Part shown: one piece after another, positions 38,148-48,339 of the stretch | Layout of the letters: each line of letters begins with the position of its first letter | How positions within the stretch are numbered: the stretch's first letter is position 1 | Source of the DNA: SAR324 cluster bacterium | GTDB lineage: Bacteria > SAR324 > XYD2-FULL-50-16 > JAERRU01 | Direction: 5' to 3' | Length of the DNA: 64,000 nucleotides | NCBI GenBank assembly: GCA_016735295.1 | Contig: JAERRU010000003.1 | Span: 64,742-128,741, forward strand | Program-made: the position numbers and the translations under genes | Notes under the pieces: model-generated | What the model saw: only the letters and a program-made list of their open reading frames with translations | Database searches by the model: none | What the model was told of the DNA's origin: nothing

Positions 38148-39575
38148 TTATTTTTTGAGTAGTTTTAATAAAATTTCGTTAACTACTTTTGGATTAGCCT
38201 TGCCCTTTGTTTGAGCCATCACTTGACCAACAAAAAAACCTAGCACTCTATCTCGACCAGCTCGATATTGCTCTACTTCATTTGTATGTTTTTTGACTAG
38301 CTCGCTGGCCATACTTTCTATTTGGCTCACATCTGAAATTTGGGCAAGTCCTTTTTGAGCGACTATCTTTTTTGCGTTCATCCCAGTTTTGAACATATCA
38401 GCAAAAACTTGCTTAGCTATTTTACCGCTAATCTGCTCACCATCAACTAAAGATATTAGTTCTACTAATTGACTAGGCTCTACTTTACTATCTTTTAAGG
38501 TTATGTCAGTTTCATTGATTAATTTAGAAAAATCTCCCAACAACCAATTAGCCGATTTTTTCGCATTAGCCCCTAATTTTACCATCTTTTCAAAATAATC
38601 TGCCATCACCTTTTGGGCAGTTAACAAATTGGCGTCGTAATCCCCTAACTCATATTCTGTAATAAATCTTTCCTTCTTAACTGTGGGTAATTCTGGCAAA
38701 TTTTTCCTTATCTCATCTACATATGATTCACTAAAAACCACTGCTGGCAAGTCTGGGCAAGGAAAATAGCGATAATCATGGGCATCTTCTTTTTTACGCA
38801 TAGAAAATGTTTTTTTGGCTGCTGAATCAAATAATCTAGTTTCTTGAACTATCGGCACTCCATCAGCTAAAGAATCTATTTGCCGAGCTATCTCATATTC
38901 AATTGCTTGTTGAACAAACTTAAAAGAATTTAAATTCTTTATCTCAGTGCGAGTATTAAGCACATTTTCTCCTAAATTACGTACTGAAATATTGGCGTCA
39001 CACCTCAAATTTCCTTCTTCCATATCTCCCTTACACACCCCCACGTATGTTGCCAATGTGTATATTTTTTCCATATAGGCTTTAGCCTCTTCTGGCGTTC
39101 GTAAATCTGGTTCTGAAACTATTTCTATTAAAGGCACACCAGCTCTATTTAAATCGACATAAGATTGATCAAACCCTTCGTGGATAAGCTTTCCAGCGTC
39201 TTCTTCCATATGAATACGGGTGATGCCTATTTTTTTTGTGTTACCAGCTATATCTATATCCACCCAGCCCTGTTGGCATATTGGGTCTTCAAATTGCGAA
39301 ATTTGATAACTTTTCGGTAAATCAGGATAAAAATAGTTTTTACGAGCAAAAATTGATCTTGGTTTTATTTGACAATTAGTAACTAAGCCCATGATAGTGG
39401 CAAATTCCACCGCTTTACGATTGGTTCTAGGCAAAGCACCCGGCAAACCTAAGCATACTGGGCATACATTTACATTTGGTTGCTTATTATACTTATTCAC
39501 ACAACGGCAAAACATTTTACTGTTTGTCGCTAGTTGCACATGTATTTCTAGGCCTATTACAGATTCATACTGCAT
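38148..39575 (-). CDS. gatB: Asp-tRNA(Asn)/Glu-tRNA(Gln) amidotransferase subunit B
   Basis: 475 aa. MQYESVIGLEIHVQLATNSKMFC, CPVCLGLPGALP, NYFYPDLPKSYQISQ and RCDANISV are present, with a C-terminal YqeY-like tail. Confidence 0.95.
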   Translation of the reverse strand: MQYESVIGLEIHVQLATNSKMFCRCVNKYNKQPNVNVCPVCLGLPGALPRTNRKAVEFATIMGLVTNCQIKPRSIFARKNYFYPDLPKSYQISQFEDPICQQGWVDIDIAGNTKKIGITRIHMEEDAGKLIHEGFDQSYVDLNRAGVPLIEIVSEPDLRTPEEAKAYMEKIYTLATYVGVCKGDMEEGNLRCDANISVRNLGENVLNTRTEIKNLNSFKFVQQAIEYEIARQIDSLADGVPIVQETRLFDSAAKKTFSMRKKEDAHDYRYFPCPDLPAVVFSESYVDEIRKNLPELPTVKKERFITEYELGDYDANLLTAQKVMADYFEKMVKLGANAKKSANWLLGDFSKLINETDITLKDSKVEPSQLVELISLVDGEQISGKIAKQVFADMFKTGMNAKKIVAQKGLAQISDVSQIESMASELVKKHTNEVEQYRAGRDRVLGFFVGQVMAQTKGKANPKVVNEILLKLLKK

Positions 39576-39798
39576 TTCTTTGTTGGTTTAGTTTTAAAAT
39601 ACTATTTTTTGATTTAAATACAATCTTACTTAAGCTAGCAAAATTAATAATTATTTTCTATTAATAACTACTCTCCAGTTAAGCGATTTGCTATTTTTCT
39701 TAACAATATGCTAATTTAAAGGCTATAGTAAATATAAATTGATAAAATATTATCGCCCCTTATCGCCGAATAAAAATTAATTTTTCTTAATCATTACT

Positions 39799-41262
39799 AT
39801 GGCCAAAGGCAAATCTAATAGTAAACAAGATCATATCATAGATAATGATCCTATGTCTCAAACTGGTCGTACTAAACTAAGAGCTTTAGGCGATGAGGAC
39901 CAGACTTTACGAAGAGACCCTTTTTACGAAGATTGGTACCAATATGACGAAGACGCTGAACCAAAATTACCACCAGATTTTTCTGAAAGATTAGCTATTC
40001 ATATTATAGTTTTATTAGAAAGACACACCACCCAAGAATCAATTGAGAGGATTGATGAGCTTTTAAGTAGGCATGTTAGAAATCCTAAAATGTATGTGAT
40101 CCTCTGCAAAACTTTACGGTTTTTCTTGCACCGGGCAGAATCAATAAATCATCTAAATACCGTCTGGTTAGCTTTGATGAATGAACACAAAGCAACCACT
40201 AAACTTCCTCATAATACAGAGTGGTTAACTTGGCTTATTCAAGATTTTAAAATCAACCGAGCTCGTAATCACTACACAGATCCCAATGATCGTAATATAT
40301 CATTTTCTTTTTTAGGTTCTGAGCTTGGTGATAATTTAATATCTCTTAATGACGGCTCCCATAGCCTTGATAATACTCGTAATATATATTCTCTGGTTAT
40401 AAATTTAACCTTAGAAGAGCTAGATATAGCTAAAGAGCTATCTAATAAAGATTCTATGTTAATAAACAATAACTATCAGGATAGTTATGAGTTACCATAT
40501 TTTGAAAGATTTTTGTTTAATGATATTTATCAATACGTAGAATACCGCACCTCATCTTCTGGTCAATTGCAATATGCCACCCTTGGTATTTCTCATCAAG
40601 TTGATAATATTAAATATTTATTAAGATCTTTAACGTCTATTCGCAATCAGGTAGTGCAATCTATCATCAACGAAAAGGTGATGAAGCGTAATAAAGAAAT
40701 TCGTAAAAAATTAAAAACACGCTCATTAACTGATGAGGATTTGGTGGCTAGCACCCCTATTTTTAAAGAGATACTGTTTTTATACTATTTAGAAAAACGA
40801 TATAAATTTGATTATGTGAGCCTAGATTTAGTGCGTAACTTTGCTCGTATATCGGCCATGTTAATGGGGGTAATAGCTGTTTTATATAGTTTCATAGATA
40901 CTAGTTTTATGTCTTTAACTGAGGGGGTATCGACCTTTATAATTATGTGTGTTTTTGCTTTAGCGACCTTTCCTAAAAAATATTTTACCCGCTTTTACCC
41001 AAAGAAAAAACCACATACCCTAAAGAAAAGTATCAATGATTATATGCCTTATTTTGGTAAAATGAGTCGCGAGCAACTGATTAATTTTTGCAAGCAACAA
41101 ATTAAATTAACAGAAAATAAAGATTATTTTTATCTTATTCCTGAATTAGTAATTTATATTCACGGATTTTTGCCATCAAGAACAAATAAATTAGCCACTA
41201 TTGATGATATTAGATATGTCGCCAATCAGCTACAGCAAATCTGCGATGTTGATCTTAACTAG
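39799..41262 (+). CDS. hypothetical protein, two predicted TM helices near aa 355-400; no motif recognised
   Basis: 487-aa ORF. The N-terminus is charged and low in complexity. The hydrophobic segments are ISAMLMGVIAVLYSFI and STFIIMCVFALATF. It lies 52 bp upstream of lnt on the same strand. Confidence 0.4.
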   Translation: MAKGKSNSKQDHIIDNDPMSQTGRTKLRALGDEDQTLRRDPFYEDWYQYDEDAEPKLPPDFSERLAIHIIVLLERHTTQESIERIDELLSRHVRNPKMYVILCKTLRFFLHRAESINHLNTVWLALMNEHKATTKLPHNTEWLTWLIQDFKINRARNHYTDPNDRNISFSFLGSELGDNLISLNDGSHSLDNTRNIYSLVINLTLEELDIAKELSNKDSMLINNNYQDSYELPYFERFLFNDIYQYVEYRTSSSGQLQYATLGISHQVDNIKYLLRSLTSIRNQVVQSIINEKVMKRNKEIRKKLKTRSLTDEDLVASTPIFKEILFLYYLEKRYKFDYVSLDLVRNFARISAMLMGVIAVLYSFIDTSFMSLTEGVSTFIIMCVFALATFPKKYFTRFYPKKKPHTLKKSINDYMPYFGKMSREQLINFCKQQIKLTENKDYFYLIPELVIYIHGFLPSRTNKLATIDDIRYVANQLQQICDVDLN

Positions 41263-41314
41263 TGCTAAATAGATTTTTATTAATTTATTTTGATAAGACT
41301 AGATAAAATTTAAG

Positions 41315-42925
41315 ATGTTAGGCAAGTACAATCTTAATCTTAATTTTAATCTTTATTCGCTAATAGAATCAGGTTTTTGGGCCTTACTTAGCGCCTCTTT
41401 TTTTATATTATCCAGACCAGGTTTAAATGCATGGTATTTAGCTTGGATTTGTTTTGTTCCTCTGTTAATTGCAACTCGAGATAAGGGAGCTTTTTCATCT
41501 TTTTGGATGGCTAGTTTATTTTTAGCGATCGTCTATTTATTTACCATCAACTGGATATCTTATTTAGCGAAAGAATTTTTAAATATTCCTTACCCCTTGA
41601 ATCATCTTTTCATGGGCAGTTACGCTTTTTATTCTGGAATTAGAGTAGGGATAATTTTTTTCTGTTATAAATTTTTAGTCAAGCATAGTTTTTTACCTGA
41701 TTTCATAATTTTTCCGCTCACCTTTTGCGTCATATGGGGTCTTTACCCGGTAGTATTCGCCCATAGTTTTGCCGAAACTCAAATAGTTTTTCCTATTGCT
41801 TTACAGGCTATTTCTATTTTTGGAGCGATGGGAGCCAATTTTGTGATTACTTTAAATAGTGGTCTTGTTTTTGCGTTATTTAGCGGGTCTTGGCGGCGTC
41901 ACTGGGTATTATTTAGTTTAGGAATATTAGTGATCATAAGCTGGTTTAGCTATGGCATTTGGCAATATCCTATTTGGCAAAAAAAACAATCTAGCTGGCC
42001 GATCACTAAATTTGGATTAATCCAACCTAATAAAAAGGCTAGTCTATACAAATCTCCTATAGAAGATGGCTATAGCAAGATTTACCCTTGGGAGATGTCA
42101 GAAACTAAAAAATTGGTAAAAGATAATGATGTTGCCTTTGTAATTTGGCCAGAAGGCAATACATATAACTATTCTACCGATCCTGCAGTTAAGCAAAGTT
42201 TTGATGCTTATGCTAAAAATTTATCGGTTAACCTGCTTTTTTCTGAAGTATATCAAAAAATAGAAGCATCGGGCAAAAAGTGGTTTAATGCGGTGGTGTG
42301 GATAAATTCACAAGGGCAAGAAATGACTCCTTATTTTAAGAGGATGTTAGTTCCTTTTGGGGAATATACTCCAGGCAGATTTTTATTAGATCCCTTGCTA
42401 GGTTTATTTAATCAATCATTACCTGGATTAACGGCGGGCAAAGATTTTAATCATTTTAAAAATAAAATAGCCACTATCATCCCTGTTATTTGCTATGAGG
42501 GCATATTTTCTGAGCACTTAGCTGAGGCGGCAAATGTTGATATTAAAAAAAGGCTATTCGTGCTTGTATCTCAAGATGGGTGGTACGACTCAAAACATCA
42601 AGTTTATGAGCATAGTTTTTCTAGTATGTTAAGAGCGATTGAAAATAAAATACCTTTGTTACATGTGGTGCAAAATGGATTTTCTTCGATCGTGTTTCCC
42701 TCAGGAGATTATCGATTGTTAACTAATTATCAAGAGCGTGGTAGTGCGGTGGTGGAAATTCCTTTAGCACCTGATGTTAAAAAAACTTTTTTCACTCGTT
42801 ATCCACATCTATTTTTAAATACTATAAGAATTATTTTTGGTTTAATGGCAGGATTAGCCTTATTGAAATATTATAAAGGGCTTTATTCTGAGCATAATCA
42901 CCGCAAAAATTTTTATAAAAAATAG
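41315..42925 (+). CDS. lnt: apolipoprotein N-acyltransferase
   Basis: 536 aa. A multi-pass N-terminal membrane domain is followed by a CN-hydrolase domain with VIWPEG, KRMLVPFGEYTP and ICYEGIF (catalytic E-K-C context). Confidence 0.85.
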   Translation: MLGKYNLNLNFNLYSLIESGFWALLSASFFILSRPGLNAWYLAWICFVPLLIATRDKGAFSSFWMASLFLAIVYLFTINWISYLAKEFLNIPYPLNHLFMGSYAFYSGIRVGIIFFCYKFLVKHSFLPDFIIFPLTFCVIWGLYPVVFAHSFAETQIVFPIALQAISIFGAMGANFVITLNSGLVFALFSGSWRRHWVLFSLGILVIISWFSYGIWQYPIWQKKQSSWPITKFGLIQPNKKASLYKSPIEDGYSKIYPWEMSETKKLVKDNDVAFVIWPEGNTYNYSTDPAVKQSFDAYAKNLSVNLLFSEVYQKIEASGKKWFNAVVWINSQGQEMTPYFKRMLVPFGEYTPGRFLLDPLLGLFNQSLPGLTAGKDFNHFKNKIATIIPVICYEGIFSEHLAEAANVDIKKRLFVLVSQDGWYDSKHQVYEHSFSSMLRAIENKIPLLHVVQNGFSSIVFPSGDYRLLTNYQERGSAVVEIPLAPDVKKTFFTRYPHLFLNTIRIIFGLMAGLALLKYYKGLYSEHNHRKNFYKK

Positions 42926-42934
42926 TCTAAAAAG

Positions 42935-42963
42935 TTGACATCATTTAAGCCATCTGTTAAATG
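42935..42963 (+). promoter_or_regulatory. possible extended -10 sigma70 promoter upstream of the TAXI-TRAP genes
   Basis: TTGACA at 42935-42940, a 17-nt spacer ending in TGT, then TAAATG at 42958-42963. This would give a leader of about 165 nt. Confidence 0.3.
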
Positions 42964-43017
42964 GTAAGGGTGCATCATTAAAAAGGCGTTTGTTTTTAGA
43001 TCAGGTTACCCCTTATG

Positions 43018-43049
43018 ATAGATTTATAGTAAATTTATAGCAAATCTAT
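43018..43049. promoter_or_regulatory. inverted repeat ATAGATTT-N16-AAATCTAT with an internal direct repeat ATTTATAG x2
   Basis: Read directly. It lies about 85 bp upstream of the TAXI receptor ATG. This is an operator candidate only. Confidence 0.25.
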
Positions 43050-43134
43050 GACAAACTAGGCTATTGGTGATGTGCAATTACGTTTTTGTTTTTTTATAAT
43101 TATAATTATTAATAATTAACAACAAATAAAAATT

Positions 43135-44109
43135 ATGTATAAGAGAATTTTATCATATAAAGTAGCACTTTGGTTAGCTGTTTTAGTCTTCATAGGAGCT
43201 GGAACGTCAACTATTGAAGCGAAAAAAAGAATTGTTTTTGCAGGCGGTCCCGCCGGCGGAACTTTCCAGGTAGTGGCTAATAGTATTCAAATTTACGATC
43301 CTATTAAAGCACTAAAAGACTATAACATCAAAGCTCAAGCGTCAGCTGGCTCAACTGAAAATTTAAGATTAACTGATTCAGGACGAGCTAATTTTGGTGT
43401 GATGCATTCTGGTCAATTGTGGCAAGCATCTAATGGTGTATTAAAAGGAGACACTAAAAAATATAAAAATGTTTTAGCTGTATCTTTTTTATATGTTTCT
43501 CCAGCTCAATTAGTAGTAAAAAAGAATTCAGGCATTAAAAGCGTTAAAGATTTAATCGGCAAAAGAGTAGGCGTAGGTAACGCTGGCTCGGGTGCTTTTG
43601 CTAATTGTGAACTTTTCTTCACTCATTTAGGTATTTGGGACAAGATAGATCGCAATGCAATGGGGTATAATGACGCAGCGCAAGCGTTTGGCAACAACCA
43701 GCTTGATGCTTTTTGGCTATTCACCGCATATCCAAGTGGAGCGGTTATTTTAGCGGCTCAAACAAATGACATTGCTATGATAGATTTAGCTAAAGATGCT
43801 AAAGATAGCGGTTATTTTAAGGCTTTCCCTTATTTATCTGAGCTTTCCATTCCTGCGGGAACTTATCGTGGAGTTGATACTCCCGTTAATTCTTTTCAAG
43901 ATTCATCAATATGGGTAGCTAATAAAGATGTTCCGGCACAATTAGTTTATGACATGTTGAACATCATCTACACTAAAAAGGGCCTTGATTATATGCATAA
44001 AGCAAAAAGCACTTTTAAAGATATGTCAATTGCTACCGGCACTAACGGCATAGCTACAGCCTTTCATCCTGGAGCGATTAAGTTTTGGAAAGAGAAAGGT
44101 AAGCTTTAG
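43135..44109 (+). CDS. TRAP transporter solute receptor, TAXI family
   Basis: 324 aa with a signal peptide. FAGGPAGGTFQVVANSI, ASAGSTENLRL, LIGKRVGVGNAGSGA and NQLDAFW match the TAXI (TIGR02122-like) pattern as I recall it. Confidence 0.8.
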   Translation: MYKRILSYKVALWLAVLVFIGAGTSTIEAKKRIVFAGGPAGGTFQVVANSIQIYDPIKALKDYNIKAQASAGSTENLRLTDSGRANFGVMHSGQLWQASNGVLKGDTKKYKNVLAVSFLYVSPAQLVVKKNSGIKSVKDLIGKRVGVGNAGSGAFANCELFFTHLGIWDKIDRNAMGYNDAAQAFGNNQLDAFWLFTAYPSGAVILAAQTNDIAMIDLAKDAKDSGYFKAFPYLSELSIPAGTYRGVDTPVNSFQDSSIWVANKDVPAQLVYDMLNIIYTKKGLDYMHKAKSTFKDMSIATGTNGIATAFHPGAIKFWKEKGKL

Positions 44110-44248
44110 TTTTAGTTTACTAATTTAGGTTAAATTAAGCGATTAAATCTTTAGGTGTATAAGCACCTTTAATTTATCAAGTATATTTTGTAAGTACTTA
44201 TTATTTTTTGCTGTTTTATTTTATTAGCTTAAAGATTTATTCGTTTTA

Positions 44249-44293
44249 GCACCTTGGCACTTTGGCTTTGGTGCTTTAACTTTAGTTTTTTTT
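44249..44293 (+). terminator. hairpin plus T-run between the TRAP receptor and permease genes (possible intra-operon attenuator)
   Basis: AGCACC (44249-44254) pairs with GGTGCT (44271-44276) around a 16-nt loop. A T8 run lies at about 44286-44293. Confidence 0.35.
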
Positions 44294-44326
44294 AAGTGCT
44301 GAGTAATTATAAAATAATAAATAAAT

Positions 44327-46039
44327 ATGTTTGATAGACTAACCTTTATAGAAAAAAAGATTTTTGATTCTTTATCTCTTCTATTATTATTTTTTTATTC
44401 TTACTCCGCAATAGTCCAACCAGTTTCAACTCAATTTCACCGAGGGATATATATCGTCATCACTTATGTGTTGGTGTTTATGGTTTATCCTATTAAGTGG
44501 CCACAATTCAGATTTTTAGACTATATTTTAATCACCTTGTCTATCGTTTCGATCGGCTATTGGATGTTAAATTTTGAAAGCATTAACTACCGAGTAGGAG
44601 CTGAGAATGATCTTGATAGAATTATCGCGGTTATTGGAGTTTTGCTAGGCATTGAGCTAGCGAGAAGGGTGGTGGGGGTGGTTTTTGTATTTATTGGGTC
44701 AATACTTTTATTTTACGGGGTTTATGGCGATATAATGCCTGATATGATATCGCATGCGGGGGCTAGTTTTGTCGATCTTTGCACTACCATATTTTATAAG
44801 AGTGACGGCGTTTTTGGAATTATGGCCAATGTATTGGCTACTTACGTAATATTATTTGTCCTGTTTGGGGCATTTTTAGAAGCTAGCGGGGCACAACAAT
44901 TTTTCGTTAAGTGGCCGTTAGCGGTTTTTGGTCATAAAACAGGTGGCCCAGGCAAGGTAGCGGTTATAGCGAGTGGTTTATTTGGTAGCATTTCGGGCAG
45001 TGCCATTGCCAATGTGGCTTCTACGGGCACTTTCACTATTCCAATGATGAAAAAGGCCGGTTTTGAGCCCCACGTAGCTGGTGGCATTGAGCCGGCGGCT
45101 TCCATTGGGGGCATGTTCATGCCGCCTATTATGGGTGCTGGTGGGTTTATCATGGCAGAGCTAACTGGCATTAAATATTCTCATATTATGCTAGTGGCTT
45201 TAATGCCGGCATTGCTTTATTTCTTTTCAGTTTATGTGATGGTTCATTATTACGCCAAGAAGCATGGCATTAAGGGAGAGAGGAGCAAGGTTAAAGGAAT
45301 GGTTATCTTCAAAAATGGTTGGTACTTTTTAACTCCTTTAATATTAATATCTATTTTAATGTTGCTTGGTTATTCTCCAGCATTTGCTGCGGTTTGGGGT
45401 ATGATTTGTTGCATTGCGATTAGTTGGTTCAGGAAGGATACAAGAATCACTCCGTCATCATTTTTAGCAGCCGCTAGAAAAGGAGCAGAAAGCGGATTAA
45501 AGATAGGAGCTACTGTGGGAGTGATTGGTATAATTATTGGGGTATTAACATTTAGTGGATTAATTTTAACTTTTGCCGATATCGTTATAGAAATCGCTGA
45601 AGGGAAGCTATGGCTCACAATTCTTTTAATTGCTTTGGCATCTTTAATTTTAGGAATGGGAGTTCCAGTTACTGCGGCATATTTAATTACGGCAACTGTT
45701 GCGGTGCCAGCATTAACTGAGCTTGGGGTTAATCAACTGGCCTCTCATATGATAGTTTATTGGTTATCGCAAGATTCTAATATTACTCCACCAGTTTGTA
45801 TTGCTGCTTTTGTGGGAGCAACTATAGCCAAGGCAAACATGTGGCGTACGGCATTTATGTCGTTTATTTTTGCCAAATTTTTATATTTAGCCCCATTTTT
45901 ATTTGGCTATGTTCCTGGTTTTTCCCTTGATGGAACCGCGTTTGATATAGCGAAAGTTATGTTATTAATTTTATTTGGTACTTGGGGATATAGCTATTTG
46001 ATGAGTGGTTATTGGTTTAAATATTTTAAAAGAGCTTAG
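44327..46039 (+). CDS. TRAP transporter fused (4TM/12TM-type) permease
   Basis: 570-aa polytopic membrane protein. The block GGPGKVAVIASGLFGSISGSAIANVASTGTFTIPMMKKAGF is typical of TAXI-associated fused permeases. Confidence 0.8.
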   Translation: MFDRLTFIEKKIFDSLSLLLLFFYSYSAIVQPVSTQFHRGIYIVITYVLVFMVYPIKWPQFRFLDYILITLSIVSIGYWMLNFESINYRVGAENDLDRIIAVIGVLLGIELARRVVGVVFVFIGSILLFYGVYGDIMPDMISHAGASFVDLCTTIFYKSDGVFGIMANVLATYVILFVLFGAFLEASGAQQFFVKWPLAVFGHKTGGPGKVAVIASGLFGSISGSAIANVASTGTFTIPMMKKAGFEPHVAGGIEPAASIGGMFMPPIMGAGGFIMAELTGIKYSHIMLVALMPALLYFFSVYVMVHYYAKKHGIKGERSKVKGMVIFKNGWYFLTPLILISILMLLGYSPAFAAVWGMICCIAISWFRKDTRITPSSFLAAARKGAESGLKIGATVGVIGIIIGVLTFSGLILTFADIVIEIAEGKLWLTILLIALASLILGMGVPVTAAYLITATVAVPALTELGVNQLASHMIVYWLSQDSNITPPVCIAAFVGATIAKANMWRTAFMSFIFAKFLYLAPFLFGYVPGFSLDGTAFDIAKVMLLILFGTWGYSYLMSGYWFKYFKRA

Positions 46040-46106
46040 TATAATTTAAGAGCAGATTTGACTATAAATTTTCACCACTTTTTAAAATAAATAAGTGGTT
46101 TAGTCT

Positions 46107-46134
46107 GGGTAATATTATAATTACCCGTTTTGTT
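46107..46134 (+). terminator. rho-independent terminator candidate after the TRAP permease
   Basis: GGGTAAT (46107-46113) pairs with ATTACCC (46120-46126) around a 6-nt loop, followed by GTTTTGTT. Confidence 0.5.
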
Positions 46135-46157
46135 GAACATTAACTAAGAGGTAAATA

Positions 46158-47423
46158 ATGAGGATTTTTATTTTTCATTTACTCACTCCTATATTAGGAT
46201 TATCGCTCTTACTTGGCGGGGCAAAAAATTTAATTGCGGCGGGGGAAGTAGAGGTTTTACATTGGTGGACTTCAGGGGGAGAAGCGACTGCTTTACGCGT
46301 TATTAAAGATAATTTACAAAAAAAAGGTGTTTCCTGGGTGGATATGCCAATTGCTGGTGGAGCTGGCGTTAATGCGATGACTGTTTTACGAGCTAGGGTC
46401 TCTTCGGGAAAACCTCCTACTGCGGTGCAGTTATTGGGCTTTGATATTACTAGCTGGGCAGAGGAAGATGTGTTGGCTGATCTTAATGATTTAGCAAAGC
46501 AAGAGAATTGGAATAAGGTTATCCCTCAACCATTACAAGATTTTGCTATCTATAAGGGAAAGTGGGTATCTGTGCCCATCAACGTGCATAGCACTAACTG
46601 GGTGTGGGCTAATAAGGCTATATTTGATAAATTAAATTTGGCCGTGCCCACTAATTGGAATGAGTTTAAACTCGCTGTTGAGAAAATCAAAAAAGCAGGA
46701 ATAATTCCTATCGCTCATGGTGGGCAACCTTGGCAAGACGCTACCATATTTGATTCTTTGGTTATGGTTGCTGGAGGAGCTGATTTTTATAAAAAAGCAT
46801 TTTTAGACTTAGATGCTAAGGCACTAGGCTCAAAAACTATGGAAAAGGCTTTTTCATACCTCAGATTTATCCGAGCAAATCTTGATCCTAATTTTTCTGG
46901 TCGAGACTGGAACTTAGCTAGCTCTATGGTGATAGAAGGCAAAGCGGCCATGCAAATAATGGGAGATTGGGCTAAGGGTGAGTTTGTGAAGGCTGACCAA
47001 GTCGCGGGAAAAGACTTTATCTGCTTTAGATTCCCTGGCACGCAAGGCAATGTCACTTTTAATGCTGATCAATTTGCTATGTTCAAGCTAGGAAAGTCGC
47101 AAAAGGTTAATCAAGATAAGTTAGCTTTGGTAATTGCTGATAAAGACACACAAGCAAGGTTTAATCAAATTAAGGGCTCAGTTCCTGCGAGAATCGATAT
47201 TTCTGACGCTGGATTTGACGCTTGTGGTAAAAAGGGAATTAAGGATTTAAGAGAATCCGCTGCTAACGGCACTATGATGGGAAGCATGGCACATGGTTAC
47301 GCCGCTCCACCTGCAGTGAAGAACGCAGTTTTTGATGTGGTCACTAAATTTTTTAATGATGAAAAGGTCACTCCTGCTAAAGCAGCTAAAATGTTAGCGG
47401 TTGCGGTTGCTATTGCTCAGTAA
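46158..47423 (+). CDS. CUT1-family sugar ABC transporter substrate-binding protein (glucose/mannose GtsA-like)
   Basis: 421 aa with a signal peptide. EVEVLHWWTSGGEATAL...AGGAGVNAMTVLRARV resembles the Pseudomonas-type glucose-binding protein block as I recall it. Confidence 0.7.
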   Translation: MRIFIFHLLTPILGLSLLLGGAKNLIAAGEVEVLHWWTSGGEATALRVIKDNLQKKGVSWVDMPIAGGAGVNAMTVLRARVSSGKPPTAVQLLGFDITSWAEEDVLADLNDLAKQENWNKVIPQPLQDFAIYKGKWVSVPINVHSTNWVWANKAIFDKLNLAVPTNWNEFKLAVEKIKKAGIIPIAHGGQPWQDATIFDSLVMVAGGADFYKKAFLDLDAKALGSKTMEKAFSYLRFIRANLDPNFSGRDWNLASSMVIEGKAAMQIMGDWAKGEFVKADQVAGKDFICFRFPGTQGNVTFNADQFAMFKLGKSQKVNQDKLALVIADKDTQARFNQIKGSVPARIDISDAGFDACGKKGIKDLRESAANGTMMGSMAHGYAAPPAVKNAVFDVVTKFFNDEKVTPAKAAKMLAVAVAIAQ

Positions 47424-47444
47424 TCAAAGGGTTTACATAATAAG

Positions 47445-48317
47445 GTGGTGAAAAAAAGAATTCAAAATATACTCCCTTTGCTGGTATTATCGCCTACTAT
47501 GGTGATAATACTAGTCTTTGTTTACGCCTTTATTGTTTGGACAGCTATTTTATCTTTTACTAACTCTACTATCTTGCCTCGATATTCTTTTGTGGGCTGG
47601 ACGCAGTATATAAAGCTATGGTCAATCCCTAACTGGTATACTGCCATAAAGAATTTATTTATTTTTACCCCGCTTTATATTTCTATTAGTGTTGTTATAG
47701 GTCTTTCTTTGGCTATTTTTTTGGATCAAAAAATTAGAATTGAAGGGGTTATTAGGCCAATCTATCTTTATCCGATGGCATTATCTTTTATCGTTAGCGG
47801 AACTGCTTGGAAGTGGTTTTTAAATCCTGGAACTGGGTTAGAAAATGCGATGCATAATTTTGGCTGGGAGAGTTTTACTTTTGATTGGATTATAAATTCT
47901 GATAAAGCTATTTATACGGTGGTGATAGCGGCGGTGTGGCAATCTTCTGGTTTTGTGATGGCGATATTTTTATCTGGTCTGCGTGGGGTTAATGATGAGG
48001 TAGTTAAATCGGCTAAAATTGATGGGGCAGGATTTTTTAATGTTTATCGTTACGTAATCATCCCTCAATTAAAGCCAGCTTTTGCTAGTGCGGTAATTAT
48101 TTTATTACATTTAGCGATTAAAAGTTATGATTTAGTAATCGCTTTAACTAATGCTGGTCCAGGTAATTCCACAGAAATGCCAGCTACGTTTATGTATTCT
48201 TATACCTTTGCTCGCAGCCAAATGGCTATTGGCAGTGCTAGTGCTGTGGTGATGCTCCTAACTATTGCGTCTATTTTTGTGCCTTATATTTATTCTGAGG
48301 TAAAAAATAGTGCTTAA
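47445..48317 (+). CDS. sugar ABC transporter permease (MalF/UgpA-like)
   Basis: 290 aa with 6 predicted TM segments. The EAA-loop context is AKIDGAGFFNVYRYVIIPQLKP. Confidence 0.85.
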   Translation: MVKKRIQNILPLLVLSPTMVIILVFVYAFIVWTAILSFTNSTILPRYSFVGWTQYIKLWSIPNWYTAIKNLFIFTPLYISISVVIGLSLAIFLDQKIRIEGVIRPIYLYPMALSFIVSGTAWKWFLNPGTGLENAMHNFGWESFTFDWIINSDKAIYTVVIAAVWQSSGFVMAIFLSGLRGVNDEVVKSAKIDGAGFFNVYRYVIIPQLKPAFASAVIILLHLAIKSYDLVIALTNAGPGNSTEMPATFMYSYTFARSQMAIGSASAVVMLLTIASIFVPYIYSEVKNSA

Positions 48318-48339
48318 TATAATCATTATATAGGTATTT

